A stretch of 64,000 nt of DNA from an uncultured Acidobacteriaceae bacterium (GTDB lineage: Bacteria > Acidobacteriota > Terriglobia > Terriglobales > Acidobacteriaceae): contig CAWEQA010000018.1 of the NCBI GenBank assembly GCA_963811095.1, positions 581,456 through 645,455 on the forward strand, in the 5' to 3' direction. The notes beneath the pieces are model-generated. The model saw only the letters and a list, made by a program, of their open reading frames with translations, had not been told where the DNA came from and searched no databases. Made by a program: the position numbers and the translations under genes. How positions within the stretch are numbered: the stretch's first letter is position 1; each line of letters starts with the position of its first letter. This document shows, piece after piece, positions 20,801 to 30,292 of the stretch.

Positions 20801-21692
20801 ACCTTATCCCGGCTACGACATGAATTCGGTGTCGTATAAGGCGGAGGGCACCTCGAACTTTAACGCGTTGCAAGTACAGGTTCACAAGCGCCTGTCCAAC
20901 GGCCTGCAATTCACCACGTCTTACACCTGGTCTCATGCGCTTGACGAGCAGAGCGGCTTGGGACTCTTTTTCACAGGCAACAATCCGCTTAATCCGCGAG
21001 CCAACTACGCCTCTTCGGATTTCGATCAGACCCACGTTTTTCTGGTCAATTACAGCTATACGATTCCGAAGTTCGTGGACAGCGGGGCGTGGAGCTACGT
21101 GACCAACGGCTGGACCATTGGTGGACAGACTGTGGCCCAAAGCGGCCAGCCCTTTAGTGTCTATGACTATTCGGGCTCGGTGGCGAGTCTGTACTATGGC
21201 ACCAGCAACTACATTGGCAACCCCATTGTCCCGCTGCTGCCGGGCGTAACTGCCAAGCAGGCAGCTAAGGGCGCGAATTGCCCCGCGGGAGTTTCAGCGC
21301 AACTTTGTAAGCTCAACTCGGCTGACTTCTTACCCCAGTTCGTGGCTCCGGGATCAAGCGGCGTTCCGGCGTGCGACAGTAGCGGGTGCGATTACTTTGA
21401 ATCCTTGTATGGAAATACCGGCCGGAACAGTTTTCGAGGCCCATTCCAGGTGCGCTTCGATATGAGCCTGGCCAAGCAGTTCTCATTCAAAGAGCGCTAC
21501 CAGCTGAAGTTTGAGGCGGATGCGTTCAATATTTTCAATCATGCCGATTTCGACACTCCCAACAACAACGTGGACTTCTTTCCCAATTACGTAGGTCCGC
21601 CATCGATTCCCCCCTCGGGTAGCTTGGGGGTGATCCAGCATACGATTGGCAGCCCACGCTTCCTGCAACTCGCGCTGCATTTGCAGTTCTAG
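17895..21692 (+). CDS. TonB-dependent outer-membrane receptor-like protein with N-terminal CarboxypepD_reg domain
   Basis: 1265 aa. GTG start after aggagg. Signal peptide, GTVTDPSGAVVTDANVKAV...AGTYRVIVTKDGF, a plug-like segment, and a C-terminal ...LALHLQF. Confidence 0.85.
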   Translation: MRFASLGVFVSPSKSLRAILVIAAALAFLTQFATAQQTLGAITGTVTDPSGAVVTDANVKAVNIETNLEVAARTKANGGFVIPDLPAGTYRVIVTKDGFKTETHTKILVSGNRTTTVDTSLVVGSLSATVEVTAVPLMNQVDTTIGYVVDTQTIETTPLGTGSFTQLAILSPGVHADFLGGGGANTGLGNQAIFANGNRDTSNSFSLNGVSTNNLFNGNSTSQVGENRFVLNTGENFGAGGTIQTSTSVYGAIGQALPTPPPDAIQEIAVNSSQYDATQGNNSGAHISVLTKSGTNALHGSLWEQWQNSDMNATPYFYNAAGVNPVTNRPYLPRPFLNRNAFGGTIGGPIIKDKLFFFGSYQGVHIADAQASTKDVTVPLGLTDDRSSQGIINMISATYGQTITASQIDSAASQILNAKLSNGQYLVPSAQYTPTQAVTLGYDAVVQGFNTQARVNQGIAGIDYVLSSKDRLAARYYIQSNPTNNPFGAVGSLLGFAQQLSAGSQVFSLSNSVVLSPNLTWEQHVGFTRLRAYANTTKDFTASSVGISLPGTATFPDLSISTTDPTIGNGLEFGPSTSFGDGGMFQNQWEYGTSASWVKGKHVLSVGTTWDHTQLNILNNNTNTDTVYSQTFLDFVEGTLHGGNEFVGSAHRYYRSNTLGTYINDNFKMRKNLTVTAGLRWDIDGPLTEKYGLLTGFDPSKYSYAQCTVNGVPADPALTWYNYGSCDTGTDVITGSGLLIAGNNKTGATPGASNSLMKNHQWGFAPRIGIAWAPTLKLTVRAGYGMYFDRGEFFSYLSPSAGSGFNGPFGVTLAPPFVQPISIAQGATLDQPFGTTLPPPPPATGAAFLSYLPNLQQTACGFPGCWPTGNLYGPFLYGGYDINNKLPYTQNWTLDLQYQASNNWIFEVGYVGNHGTHLVLPIPFNQPLIATPTNVVNGQASSYGGTTPLFLDSEPIYTNEFAGNAPIRVPYPGYDMNSVSYKAEGTSNFNALQVQVHKRLSNGLQFTTSYTWSHALDEQSGLGLFFTGNNPLNPRANYASSDFDQTHVFLVNYSYTIPKFVDSGAWSYVTNGWTIGGQTVAQSGQPFSVYDYSGSVASLYYGTSNYIGNPIVPLLPGVTAKQAAKGANCPAGVSAQLCKLNSADFLPQFVAPGSSGVPACDSSGCDYFESLYGNTGRNSFRGPFQVRFDMSLAKQFSFKERYQLKFEADAFNIFNHADFDTPNNNVDFFPNYVGPPSIPPSGSLGVIQHTIGSPRFLQLALHLQF

Positions 21693-21713
21693 GGAGGGCG
21701 CATCGAGAAGAAA

Positions 21714-22661
21714 ATGCGGATGCAATCGTTTTCTCGGCGGCTGATCAGCGTTGCGCTGATCAGCCTCGTTCTCTTGCAGAGCGATTTCGCATTCGCCTGG
21801 GGAAACGAGGGGCACACCGCTATCAACCGCGTCGCGGCGCAGAAGATTCCTGCGACCATGCCGAGCTTTCTGCGACGCGCCGTGGTGGAGATTGCCTACC
21901 TTGGACCAGAGCCCGACCGATGGCGCAGCCCTTCGGAGTTTGCCCTCAAGAACGCTCAGGAGGCCGATCATTTCATCGACCTCGAGCGCGTGTCGTGGCT
22001 CGATCCGCTTCCCCGGGGCCGTTACGAGTTTTATCGCAAGCTTTACGAGAAGCGCGCTTCGACCACAGACCACCCGGACGACTATCTTCCCGAGCATGTA
22101 GGCCTGCAGCCGTACATCACCATGGAAGTTTACGGACGCCTGAAGGCTGCGTTCCGCGAATACCGGCAGCGGGTAGCGGCGCATCAGCCCACGCTTGCGG
22201 TGCAACGCGCAATCGTCTTCTACGCTGGCTGGCTGGGGCATTACGTTGCCGATGGGTCACAACCTCTGCACACCACCATCCAGTACAACGGATGGGTCGG
22301 CTCGAATCCAAACGGATACACTACGCAGCACACCATCCATGGGCAGTTTGAGACCGCCTACGTGGCTGGGAACATTACGGAGAAAGATTTCGCCGGGCTG
22401 GTGAAGAGTCCGGATCGGCTCGACGATCCGTTTGAGCGCTACGTTGCTTATCTCCGGCAGTCGAATGGCCTGGTGGACAACGTCTACGCGCTCGAGAAGG
22501 CTGGCGGATTTACGGGGAAGGGCACTCTGGCGGCGTTCGACTTCACCACCCACCGCCTCGCCGCCGGATCGCAGATGCTGCTGGACCTCTGGTACACGGC
22601 TTGGATGGAGAGTGCGGCACCAGCGGAGGAGCATACGCCTTCAGCTCTGCCAAAGAAGTAA
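21714..22661 (+). CDS. secreted S1/P1-type zinc nuclease
   Basis: The signal peptide is followed directly by WGNEGH, the N-terminal Trp/His zinc ligands of the S1-P1 family, then ADHFID and GHYVADGSQPLH. Confidence 0.8.
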   Translation: MRMQSFSRRLISVALISLVLLQSDFAFAWGNEGHTAINRVAAQKIPATMPSFLRRAVVEIAYLGPEPDRWRSPSEFALKNAQEADHFIDLERVSWLDPLPRGRYEFYRKLYEKRASTTDHPDDYLPEHVGLQPYITMEVYGRLKAAFREYRQRVAAHQPTLAVQRAIVFYAGWLGHYVADGSQPLHTTIQYNGWVGSNPNGYTTQHTIHGQFETAYVAGNITEKDFAGLVKSPDRLDDPFERYVAYLRQSNGLVDNVYALEKAGGFTGKGTLAAFDFTTHRLAAGSQMLLDLWYTAWMESAAPAEEHTPSALPKK

Positions 22662-22671
22662 GGGTTCCCAA

Positions 22672-22714
22672 TGTGGGGACAGCCGCCATCGGCTGTCCGT
22701 CAAGCGCAACTCGA
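22672..22714. repeat. REP-like element, GGGGACAGCCGCC family (family A)
   Basis: Hairpin GGACAGCCG-CCAT-CGGCTGTCC at 22677..22698, identical to the one at 36124..36145. Confidence 0.7.
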
Positions 22715-22786
22715 CCGCTGTTAATCGCCATTTGGCGGCTCTCTTCGCGACGCATTCGCACCTCTTTCGGTATACTGAATATCGAT

Positions 22787-23317
22787 ATGCCGGTTCTGAA
22801 AAATATCGCGGCCATTGCCAAAGGCATGAGCATCACCTTCATGGAGATGTTTCAGCCAACGACCGTGGAAAACTATCCCGACGGCAAGGGGCCGCTGAAA
22901 GGCGCGCGCTTTGAAGCCCGCTTCCGTGGCGCCCACGTGCTGCAGCGCGACGAGAACGGACTGGAGAAGTGCGTGGCCTGCTTTCTGTGCGCGGCCGCGT
23001 GTCCGTCGAATTGCATTTATATTGAGGCTGCCGAGAACACCGCCCAGAACCGCGTCAGTGGCGCGGAGCGCTACGCCAAGGTTTACAACATCGATTACAA
23101 CCGCTGTATTTTCTGCGGGTATTGCGTGGAAGCGTGTCCCACGGATGCGATCACCCATGGGCATGGATTTGAGCTGGCGACCTTCAATGCCAGCAACCTG
23201 GTCTACCGCAAGGAGCAAATGCTGGCCCCCCGGCCAGCACACATGGGAGCCAATGTCATCTTCAACCAGGCCGATGTGGACGGTGGGGCGCCTGCGCAGA
23301 TGGTACCGGGGAGCTGA
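22787..23317 (+). CDS. nuoI: NADH-quinone oxidoreductase subunit I (2x[4Fe-4S] ferredoxin subunit), stand-alone
   Basis: ATG 22787 inside ORF 22601..23317. CVACFLCAAACP and CIFCGYCVEACP. The residues N-terminal to 22787 are read through the REP element. Confidence 0.85.
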   Translation: MPVLKNIAAIAKGMSITFMEMFQPTTVENYPDGKGPLKGARFEARFRGAHVLQRDENGLEKCVACFLCAAACPSNCIYIEAAENTAQNRVSGAERYAKVYNIDYNRCIFCGYCVEACPTDAITHGHGFELATFNASNLVYRKEQMLAPRPAHMGANVIFNQADVDGGAPAQMVPGS

Positions 23318-23443
23318 CTTCGAGAATAGTTTCGAGTGCAAGCGACGCCGGTCCTCGAGACCGGCGTTCGTGCATGTGGGGGAACTTAACTTCCTGGCCA
23401 CGGATTTACACGGATGAACGCGGATCTCGACAAACAGATCAAA

Positions 23444-23477
23444 AGCTAGAAGCTAAGAGCTTAGGAGCTAGAAGCTA
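23444..23477. repeat. short AGCTAGAAGCTAAGAGCT repeat (family C)
   Basis: The exact 18-mer at 23444..23461 recurs at 47335..47352. Confidence 0.6.
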
Positions 23478-23480
23478 CCA

Positions 23481-26400
23481 ATGGCTGATTTCTTACAGAC
23501 CGTGAAAGAACGCGTTGTCGTCTATGACGGCGCGATGGGGACCAACATCCAGAAGCGCAATCCTACCCTGGACGACTATTGGGGCAAGGAGAATTGCAGC
23601 GAAGTTTTGGTGTTGAGTCGTCCCGACATTATTCGCGAGATTCATGCGGATTTTTTCCGTGTGGGTTGCGACATTGTTGAAACCAATACCTTCGGCGGAA
23701 GCGGCATCGTGCTCGGGGAATTCGAGCTGCGCGATCGCGTTCACGAGATCAATGTAAAGGCGGCGCAACTTGCCAAGGAAGTGGCGCAGCAGTTCTCGAC
23801 GAAAGATCGGCCTCGCTTCGTCGCTGGGTCTATGGGCCCCACTACGAAACTGCCCTCGCTGGGGCACATCAGCTTCGACGCCATGGTCGCGTCTTACGAA
23901 GAGCAGGCCGCCGCTCTCATCGAAGGCGGCGTCGACGTGCTTCTCATCGAGACGGCGCAGGATCTGCTGCAGGTCAAGATCGCCACCATCGGTGTGCTGG
24001 AAGCCATGCGCAAGGCGGGCAAGCGACTGCCCGTACAAGTGCAGGTCACGCTGCAGGAATCCGGGACTATGCTGCTCGGCACGGAGATCGGCGCGGCTCT
24101 GACGGCATTGGAACCATTCGAAGTCGACGCGATTGGATTGAATTGTGCGACGGGACCGAAGGAGATGAACGATGCAGTTCGCTATCTCGGGCTGAACTCC
24201 ACGAAGGAAGTTTCGGTCCTTCCGAATGCGGGATTGCCGCAGAACGTCGGTGGCCATGCCGTGTACAAACTTTCGCCGGAGGATCTGTCCGAGTATCACA
24301 AACACTTCGTGCAGGATTACGGAGTCCGCATTGTGGGCGGCTGCTGCGGTACCACTCCCGAACATCTCAAAGCGGTGGTGGATGCGGTTTCCGGCGTGGA
24401 ACCTGCCAAGCGTGACGTCAAGCGCGCGGGCTCGGCCTCTAGCGCATACACGACCGTTCCACTTGATCTCGAACCCAAGCCGCTCATCGTCGCCGAGGAG
24501 ATGAACACCACGACGCGGGTCGAGCATTTCCGCAAACTAGTGCAGGGGAAGAAATACGACGAGATTCTGGGACTCGCGAAGCGACTGGTGAACGACGGGT
24601 CGCACATGTTGGATCTGTGCTGCGCGATTGTGGGCGAAGACGAGAAGGGATACATCACTTCCATTCTGGAAAAGATCGCCACTCGCGTTCCGGCACCGAT
24701 TCTGGTGGATTCGACCGAGGCTGATGTTGTGGAGGAGGCGCTCAAGCGCATTCCGGGCCGAGCCATCATCAACTCGATCAACCTGGAAGACGGCGAGAAG
24801 CGCACGTCAAAAGTGCTCCCCATGGCCAAGCGTTATGGCGCAGCCGTGATTGCGCTGACCATCGATGAAGACGGCATGGCCCTGACCGCGGACAAGAAAG
24901 TTGCGATCGCGCATCGCATCTACGATCTGGCCACCAAGAAGTACGGACTCGACGGCACGGACTTGATTTTCGACGCGCTCACCCTCCCGATTTCGACGGG
25001 GCAGGAGGAGTACCGCACGGCTGGAATGGAGACGCTCAAGGCAGTCGAGCGCATCAAGAAGGAACTGCCTTCGGTGAAGACGATCCTGGGCGTGAGCAAT
25101 ATCTCGTTTGGCCTGGATGCCTATCCGAGGCGGGTGCTGAACTCGGTGTTCATGCACGAAGCGGTGGATCACGGGCTCGACATGGCCATCGTGAATTACA
25201 CCAAGATTTATCCGTTGTACAAGATTCCGCAGGAAGAAGTGGAGTTGGCGCGCAAACTGATTCACCGCGACGCAAACTCCGATGGCGATCCGCTGCAGAA
25301 GTACATGGCGCACTTCGCGGGCATGAAGGGGAAGCCGGCCGCCTCGACCACTGCGCATCTCAACACACTGTCGGTCGAGGATAAGCTGAAGTTCTCCATC
25401 ATCAACGGCGAGAAATCCGTGGGCGAGGGCGCGCACAAGAAATCGTTGGAAGAATTGCTTGAAGAAGCACTCCTGAACTACTCAGCCCTGGAACTGATCA
25501 ACACTGTCCTGCTCGATGGCATGAAGACGGTCGGCGACTTGTTTGGCGCGCGCAAGATGCAGTTGCCGTCCGTGCTCGATTCGGCGGGCGTGATGAAGGC
25601 GGCGGTCGCCTATCTCGAGCCGAAGATGGAGAAGAAATCGGGGTCGCAACAGAAAGGCACGATCGTGCTGGCGACGGTGAAGGGCGACGTGCACGACATC
25701 GGTAAGAATCTGGTTGACATTATTCTGTCGAACAACGGATTCAAGGTTGTCAACCTCGGGATCAAGCAGCCGGGAGATACGATCATACGAGTCGGCGCAG
25801 GAACATCAGGCCGACGCGATCGGGCTGAGCGGGCTGCTGGTGAAGTCTACGCTCGAGATGAAGTACGTCATCCAGGATCTGGAGCGGCAGAAGCTTGCGT
25901 TCCCCGTCATCTGTGGCGGAGCCGCCCTTACGCGCAAGTATGTAGAGGACGACCTGCGCCGCGAGTACGCCAACGCCGTCTTCTACGCCGACGACGCGTT
26001 CGCCGGCTTGCACATCATGGAGGACCTCGCGACCGACAATGGGGCGAAACAGACGCGCCTGACCGAAGGCAAGACGGTAAAGGAATACGCCAAGGCCGCT
26101 GCGGTCGATGAAGAGACTGGACCAGTTTTTGCGGAGCGTAGTCCAGTCGTAGTAGATGCTCCGAACATTCCCACGCCGCCATTCTGGGGTGTGCGTGCGC
26201 GCAAGGATTACGATTTGCGCGAGTTGTTTCCATATATCAACGAGACCGCGCTATTCAAGAATCAGTGGCAATTGAAGACGGCTTCGCAGTCGGATTATGT
26301 GCGGCTGGTCGATGAGAAGTTCCGGCCGATTCTGCACAAGCTCGAAGATGAGGTGGTGGGGTCGGGATTGTTCGAACCCAAAGTCGTGTATGGCTACTTC

Positions 26401-26997
26401 CCTGCCCAGGCGGACGGGAACGACGTGATTGTGTATTCCGCAGAGGGGCAGCCGAGCTTGAGCTCGACCGGACAGCCGATGGCAGCCCCCACACGCGAAC
26501 TGTTGCGCTTCACGTTCCCTCGGCAGCGAGAGGGGCGCCGGCTTGCCATCTCCGATTTCTTTGCCCCCAAATCATCTGGAAAGATGGATGTGATTGGACT
26601 GTCGCTGGTAACGATTGGCTCGAAGGCTAGCGTGGAGACCCAGCGGCTATTTGAGGGTGGAGAGTACACAAAATATCTCTATCTGCACGGACTGAGCGTA
26701 GAAACGGCCGAGGCTCTTGCCGAGTTTCATCACAAGAAGATGCGTGAAGAGTTGGGCATCGCCGGGGATGACTCGGCGGAGATTCGCGACCTGTTTCACC
26801 AGAAGTATCGCGGGTCACGGTATTCGTTTGGGTATCCGGCCTGCCCGAATCTGGAAGATCAGACTAAGTTGTTCGCCCTGCTCAAGCCCGAGGAGAACGT
26901 GGGCGTGCGGCTGACGTCCGGGTTCTTGCTGGAGCCGGAGCAGTCCACTTCCGCGATTGTGGTGCATCATCCGGGGGCGAAGTACTTCGTGGTTTAG
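23481..26997 (+). pseudogene. metH: cobalamin-dependent methionine synthase, split by one extra nucleotide near 25785-25788
   Basis: ORF 23481..26111 carries the Hcy-methyltransferase, pterin-binding and B12-cap domains plus the DxHxxG motif (GDVHDIGKN). ORF 25714..26997, in the +1 frame, continues with AIGLSGLLVKS, ICGGAALT and the AdoMet-activation domain. Confidence 0.85.
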
Positions 26998-27011
26998 AAC
27001 ATATTAACTAA

Positions 27012-27035
27012 AGAGGACACGGAGCACACAGAGGA
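27012..27035. repeat. AGAGGACACGGAG repeat fragment (family D)
   Basis: The 13-mer at 27012..27024 equals 45348..45360. Confidence 0.5.
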
Positions 27036-27061
27036 GATTCTTAACCGCAACGATTTGAGCG

Positions 27062-29386
27062 CTAGAACGTAGTTTGCAGGCGCAGAAAATAACTTCTCGG
27101 GGGGGCCACCGAGTTCCCGGAGAACAGACCTGCGAAATTGATCAGGTTCAAACGATTGTTCAGGTTCTGCACGTCGCCCTGGAGGCAGAGGGCCCTCTGG
27201 TCGTGCTTCCAGAGCTCGACGCCCGCGGATACATCGATCGACAACGAAGGCTTCACGCGGCCACGCGCGAAGTCGACCTGATCGACAAGGGCCAAGCCGT
27301 ATTCTGCAATGGCCTCTTGAATCGCCTGGGGCGTGTCCTCCACGACCGCGGGCAGTCCCGAACCATACTCTCCTCCAACCGCGACCCACACGCGATGGTT
27401 CAACTGGTAGCGCAGGCGTCCGTGAACCGTGTTGCGCTGGTCCTGCGAATCCCAGAAACGGCCGTTGGCTTGATTCAGGGCGTTGGTAGCGTCCGAGCCG
27501 AGGAACAGTCCGCCGGTGACCGGCAAATAGGCGCTACCGACGATGTACGAATAACTGAGAAAGCCAGAAAAGCGGTGCCAGTTCGGTAGATCGAGCTTGC
27601 CCTCCGCCCCGTAGATCGAAGCTCTACGAAAGGCGATGGGGAAACTCACGGCGGTGTTGAGGAGGAGATCGTCGTCGGCGTAATTGTCGGAATCGCGCCG
27701 GAAGGCGTTCACATCCAGTTTGAGCTTGTCCGCAAATGATTTGGTCATGCCCAACTCGTAGTAGTTCCCCAGCGAAGGCCGGACGGGCAAGCGCAGAACG
27801 TTTGGGTTCAGCGACACCACGGCTGGCGAACTGGCGAGAAGAATGTTCTCAAAGGCTGGAGTCTGGAAGGCACGATCGTAAGAAGCATGAAGCACAAGAT
27901 CTGCCGAATTGAAATAGCGCGCTACGCCGAGGCGGGGACTGACCGCGTTCTGATTGACGAGGAGTTGATAATGATCCCAGCGCAGGCCCGCGCTCACGGT
28001 CCATTTGCCCAGCCGGATCAAGTCTTGCACGAATGTGGATTGCTCGAGAGCGAGGCGGCGTCCCGAAAACTGGAACGTGGACGGAGTTCCAGGGTCGAAC
28101 TGCGACGGGTCGGCGATGATATCGCTGAAGTTTTCGCGAAGGTGCGTGAAATCGCCTTCGAATCCGGCTTTGAATTCCTGGCGGCCCCGATGATACGACG
28201 CAGTTCCCTTCAGGTATTGCTCGTTGAATCCGCGATCCTGAAACGCAATGATGGGCGTGGATTGCGGATTGGAGTTGAGGCCGGCGGTGTCGCTGCGCAT
28301 CATCACGTGGACGTCGGCGAGCAAGTGCTCGGAAAAGATGTGCTCGTAGGAAACAATGCCGAGGGATTCGAAATCGTCACGGTGCTGGATTTGCCCGGCA
28401 TCTTGCTGGAGTTGTTCGTTGGGCACCAGGAACTTGGAGAACTCCCGGCGCAGCGTGATTCCGAAACGGTCGTGGTTGGAAAAATCACGATCGTAGTGGA
28501 CCGCAAAATCGGTAGTCGTCGCGGTGTCGGTGTAGTCCTGGAGAACCGGAGGATTCAAATACCGGTCGGTAACCGCAGCGTCTCCGTTGACCGATAGTGC
28601 GTTCTTCCCCCAGCCGTATTGTGCGAGGAGATACGCATTGGCAGTGCCGAAGCTGCCTCCAGAAAGCACGGCCTGACCGTGCAGTCCGGGACGGTCGTTC
28701 TTGCTGGTGTCGACCTCGACAACGCCGCCCATCTTGCGACCGTATTCCGCTGGAATTCCCGCAGTGTAGATCGTGAGTGAGTCAACATCATCCGCTTCGA
28801 TGTCGACGCCGGAACTCGGGGAGCGATTCTCTGTGAGCGGCACGCCGTCCACAACGAACTGCGTCTGATATTCCGACCCGCGCGGGTGCAAGGTGGCACT
28901 GCCTTCGTAAACCCAGCCCGGCTGGGAGTTGACCAGATCAGGCAGGGAGCGTCCCGGAAGCGTCGCTGCGCGGCTTGCGATGGCTTGCGAGTCAATCCGG
29001 TTGAAGGAGGTGGTCCGACTGGGATCCAGCAAAGGGCTATCCGCCGTCACATTCACGGCGGTGCTGAGCGCGGCGATGCTGAGCTTCACCAGATATTCCG
29101 TAGGCAGCGCCGAGCGAATCTCGATGCGGCCACTGAACGGAGAGAAGCCATCGCTTTCGACCGTCAAACGGTACGGGCCGAAAGGAAGATTGCGCGCCGC
29201 AAGAAAGCCAACATCGTCTGTCACCAGACTACGATGAAGCTGCGCTGCATCACTGGATAGCGTAACGGAGGCTTTTACGCCGAGTCCGTGCGGATCAGAA
29301 ACTTTGAGGCGCAGTTCTCCCGCGTTGCTCTGTCCAAACAGCGGCAGAGCCAGCAGCACAACTCCGAGGTGAAGCAGCTGGCGCAA
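27062..29386 (-). CDS. TonB-dependent outer-membrane receptor with CarboxypepD_reg domain
   Basis: 774 aa. Signal peptide, GELRLKVSDPHG...GPYRLTVESDGF, plug and barrel, terminal ...LRLQTTF. The TTG start is uncertain. Confidence 0.8.
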   Translation of the reverse strand: MRQLLHLGVVLLALPLFGQSNAGELRLKVSDPHGLGVKASVTLSSDAAQLHRSLVTDDVGFLAARNLPFGPYRLTVESDGFSPFSGRIEIRSALPTEYLVKLSIAALSTAVNVTADSPLLDPSRTTSFNRIDSQAIASRAATLPGRSLPDLVNSQPGWVYEGSATLHPRGSEYQTQFVVDGVPLTENRSPSSGVDIEADDVDSLTIYTAGIPAEYGRKMGGVVEVDTSKNDRPGLHGQAVLSGGSFGTANAYLLAQYGWGKNALSVNGDAAVTDRYLNPPVLQDYTDTATTTDFAVHYDRDFSNHDRFGITLRREFSKFLVPNEQLQQDAGQIQHRDDFESLGIVSYEHIFSEHLLADVHVMMRSDTAGLNSNPQSTPIIAFQDRGFNEQYLKGTASYHRGRQEFKAGFEGDFTHLRENFSDIIADPSQFDPGTPSTFQFSGRRLALEQSTFVQDLIRLGKWTVSAGLRWDHYQLLVNQNAVSPRLGVARYFNSADLVLHASYDRAFQTPAFENILLASSPAVVSLNPNVLRLPVRPSLGNYYELGMTKSFADKLKLDVNAFRRDSDNYADDDLLLNTAVSFPIAFRRASIYGAEGKLDLPNWHRFSGFLSYSYIVGSAYLPVTGGLFLGSDATNALNQANGRFWDSQDQRNTVHGRLRYQLNHRVWVAVGGEYGSGLPAVVEDTPQAIQEAIAEYGLALVDQVDFARGRVKPSLSIDVSAGVELWKHDQRALCLQGDVQNLNNRLNLINFAGLFSGNSVAPPRSYFLRLQTTF

Positions 29387-29622
29387 GGTTGTGAAAGGGG
29401 GGGACCCTCATGATATCAGCCATGCCCACACCCGCTTTTATTACCAATGGCATCGGCAGACCGAGGGCAATCGCGACTTTTTACAAAATGTAGACACCGT
29501 ATTGACACAAGAGGGCTCACGGTAAGTCACTCTGTACGCAGGTCCTGCGAAGCAGGCGGACCCTCTACCGCCTTTGCTCAGGATCGTAAGCTTCAAGCCT
29601 TCCGTCACCGGGAAGGCATGGG

Positions 29623-29675
29623 GAAAAACTGGTGCTCTCACCGCAGGGGGTGGGAGCGCCAGTTTTTGCGTTTTG
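29623..29675 (+). terminator. intrinsic-terminator-like hairpin in the nrdR / TonB-receptor divergent spacer
   Basis: The 14-nt arms AAAAACTGGTGCTC and GAGCGCCAGTTTTT flank a 16-nt loop and are followed by TTTTTGCGTTTTGC. The one non-Watson-Crick position is G-U on the plus transcript and A-C on the minus transcript. Confidence 0.4.
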
Positions 29676-29804
29676 CTCTGCCCCAGAGTCCCGCAGGTGC
29701 TTGGCTAAGCACTGGGCACGCAGCGTGTTAGCTTCGCGATCCATTTTCAACTGTTACAATTTTGAGGGATCGGCTAGGTCACTGGCCGGACCAATCAAGC
29801 GCCC

Positions 29805-30266
29805 ATGAAATGTCCCTTTTGCGGATTTGCGAATGACAAGGTAGTCGACTCGCGCGAGAGCAAGGAAGCGGAGTCCATCCGGCGGAGGCGCGAGTGTCTG
29901 AAGTGCGGCAAGCGCTTCACCACGTACGAACGCATCGACGAAATTCCCTACATGGTAGTGAAAAAAGACGGGCGCCGGGAGAAGTTTGATCGCCAGAAGG
30001 TTCTCAACGGATTACTGCGCGCCTGCGAAAAACGCCCGGTGCCGATCAGCAAGCTGGAGCAGATCGTGAATGAGGCGGAATCGTTCGTCCTCGAGTCGGC
30101 CGAGCGCGAGCGCAAGACCAGCGAACTGGGCGAGCTGATCATGAACCGGCTGCGGCGCTACGACAAGGTCGCCTACGTGCGTTTTGCCTCGGTTTATCTG
30201 GATTTCAAGGACGTCAAAGAGTTCATGAATGAGTTGAAGGATCTGGTGAAAGTGAAGCCCGCATAA
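29805..30266 (+). CDS. nrdR: transcriptional repressor NrdR
   Basis: MKCPFCG...CLKCGKRFTTYE zinc ribbon plus an ATP-cone. Confidence 0.95.
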   Translation: MKCPFCGFANDKVVDSRESKEAESIRRRRECLKCGKRFTTYERIDEIPYMVVKKDGRREKFDRQKVLNGLLRACEKRPVPISKLEQIVNEAESFVLESAERERKTSELGELIMNRLRRYDKVAYVRFASVYLDFKDVKEFMNELKDLVKVKPA

Positions 30267-30292
30267 CGTCTAACCTCGAGGACAATGCACTC

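Noticed and set aside
29530-29575. SRP (4.5S) RNA-like sequence CAGGTCCTGCGAAGCAGG.
   Set aside because: It lacks the GGAA tetraloop and the conserved asymmetric-loop sequence of SRP domain IV. It looks like an ordinary GC hairpin.
29387-29700. Cobalamin riboswitch in the leader of the TonB-dependent receptor, which lies next to metH.
   Set aside because: I read both strands and could not find the B12-box or the GGGAA...GGTG...CCC...ACTG core in the right order. A covariance-model scan would be needed to be sure.
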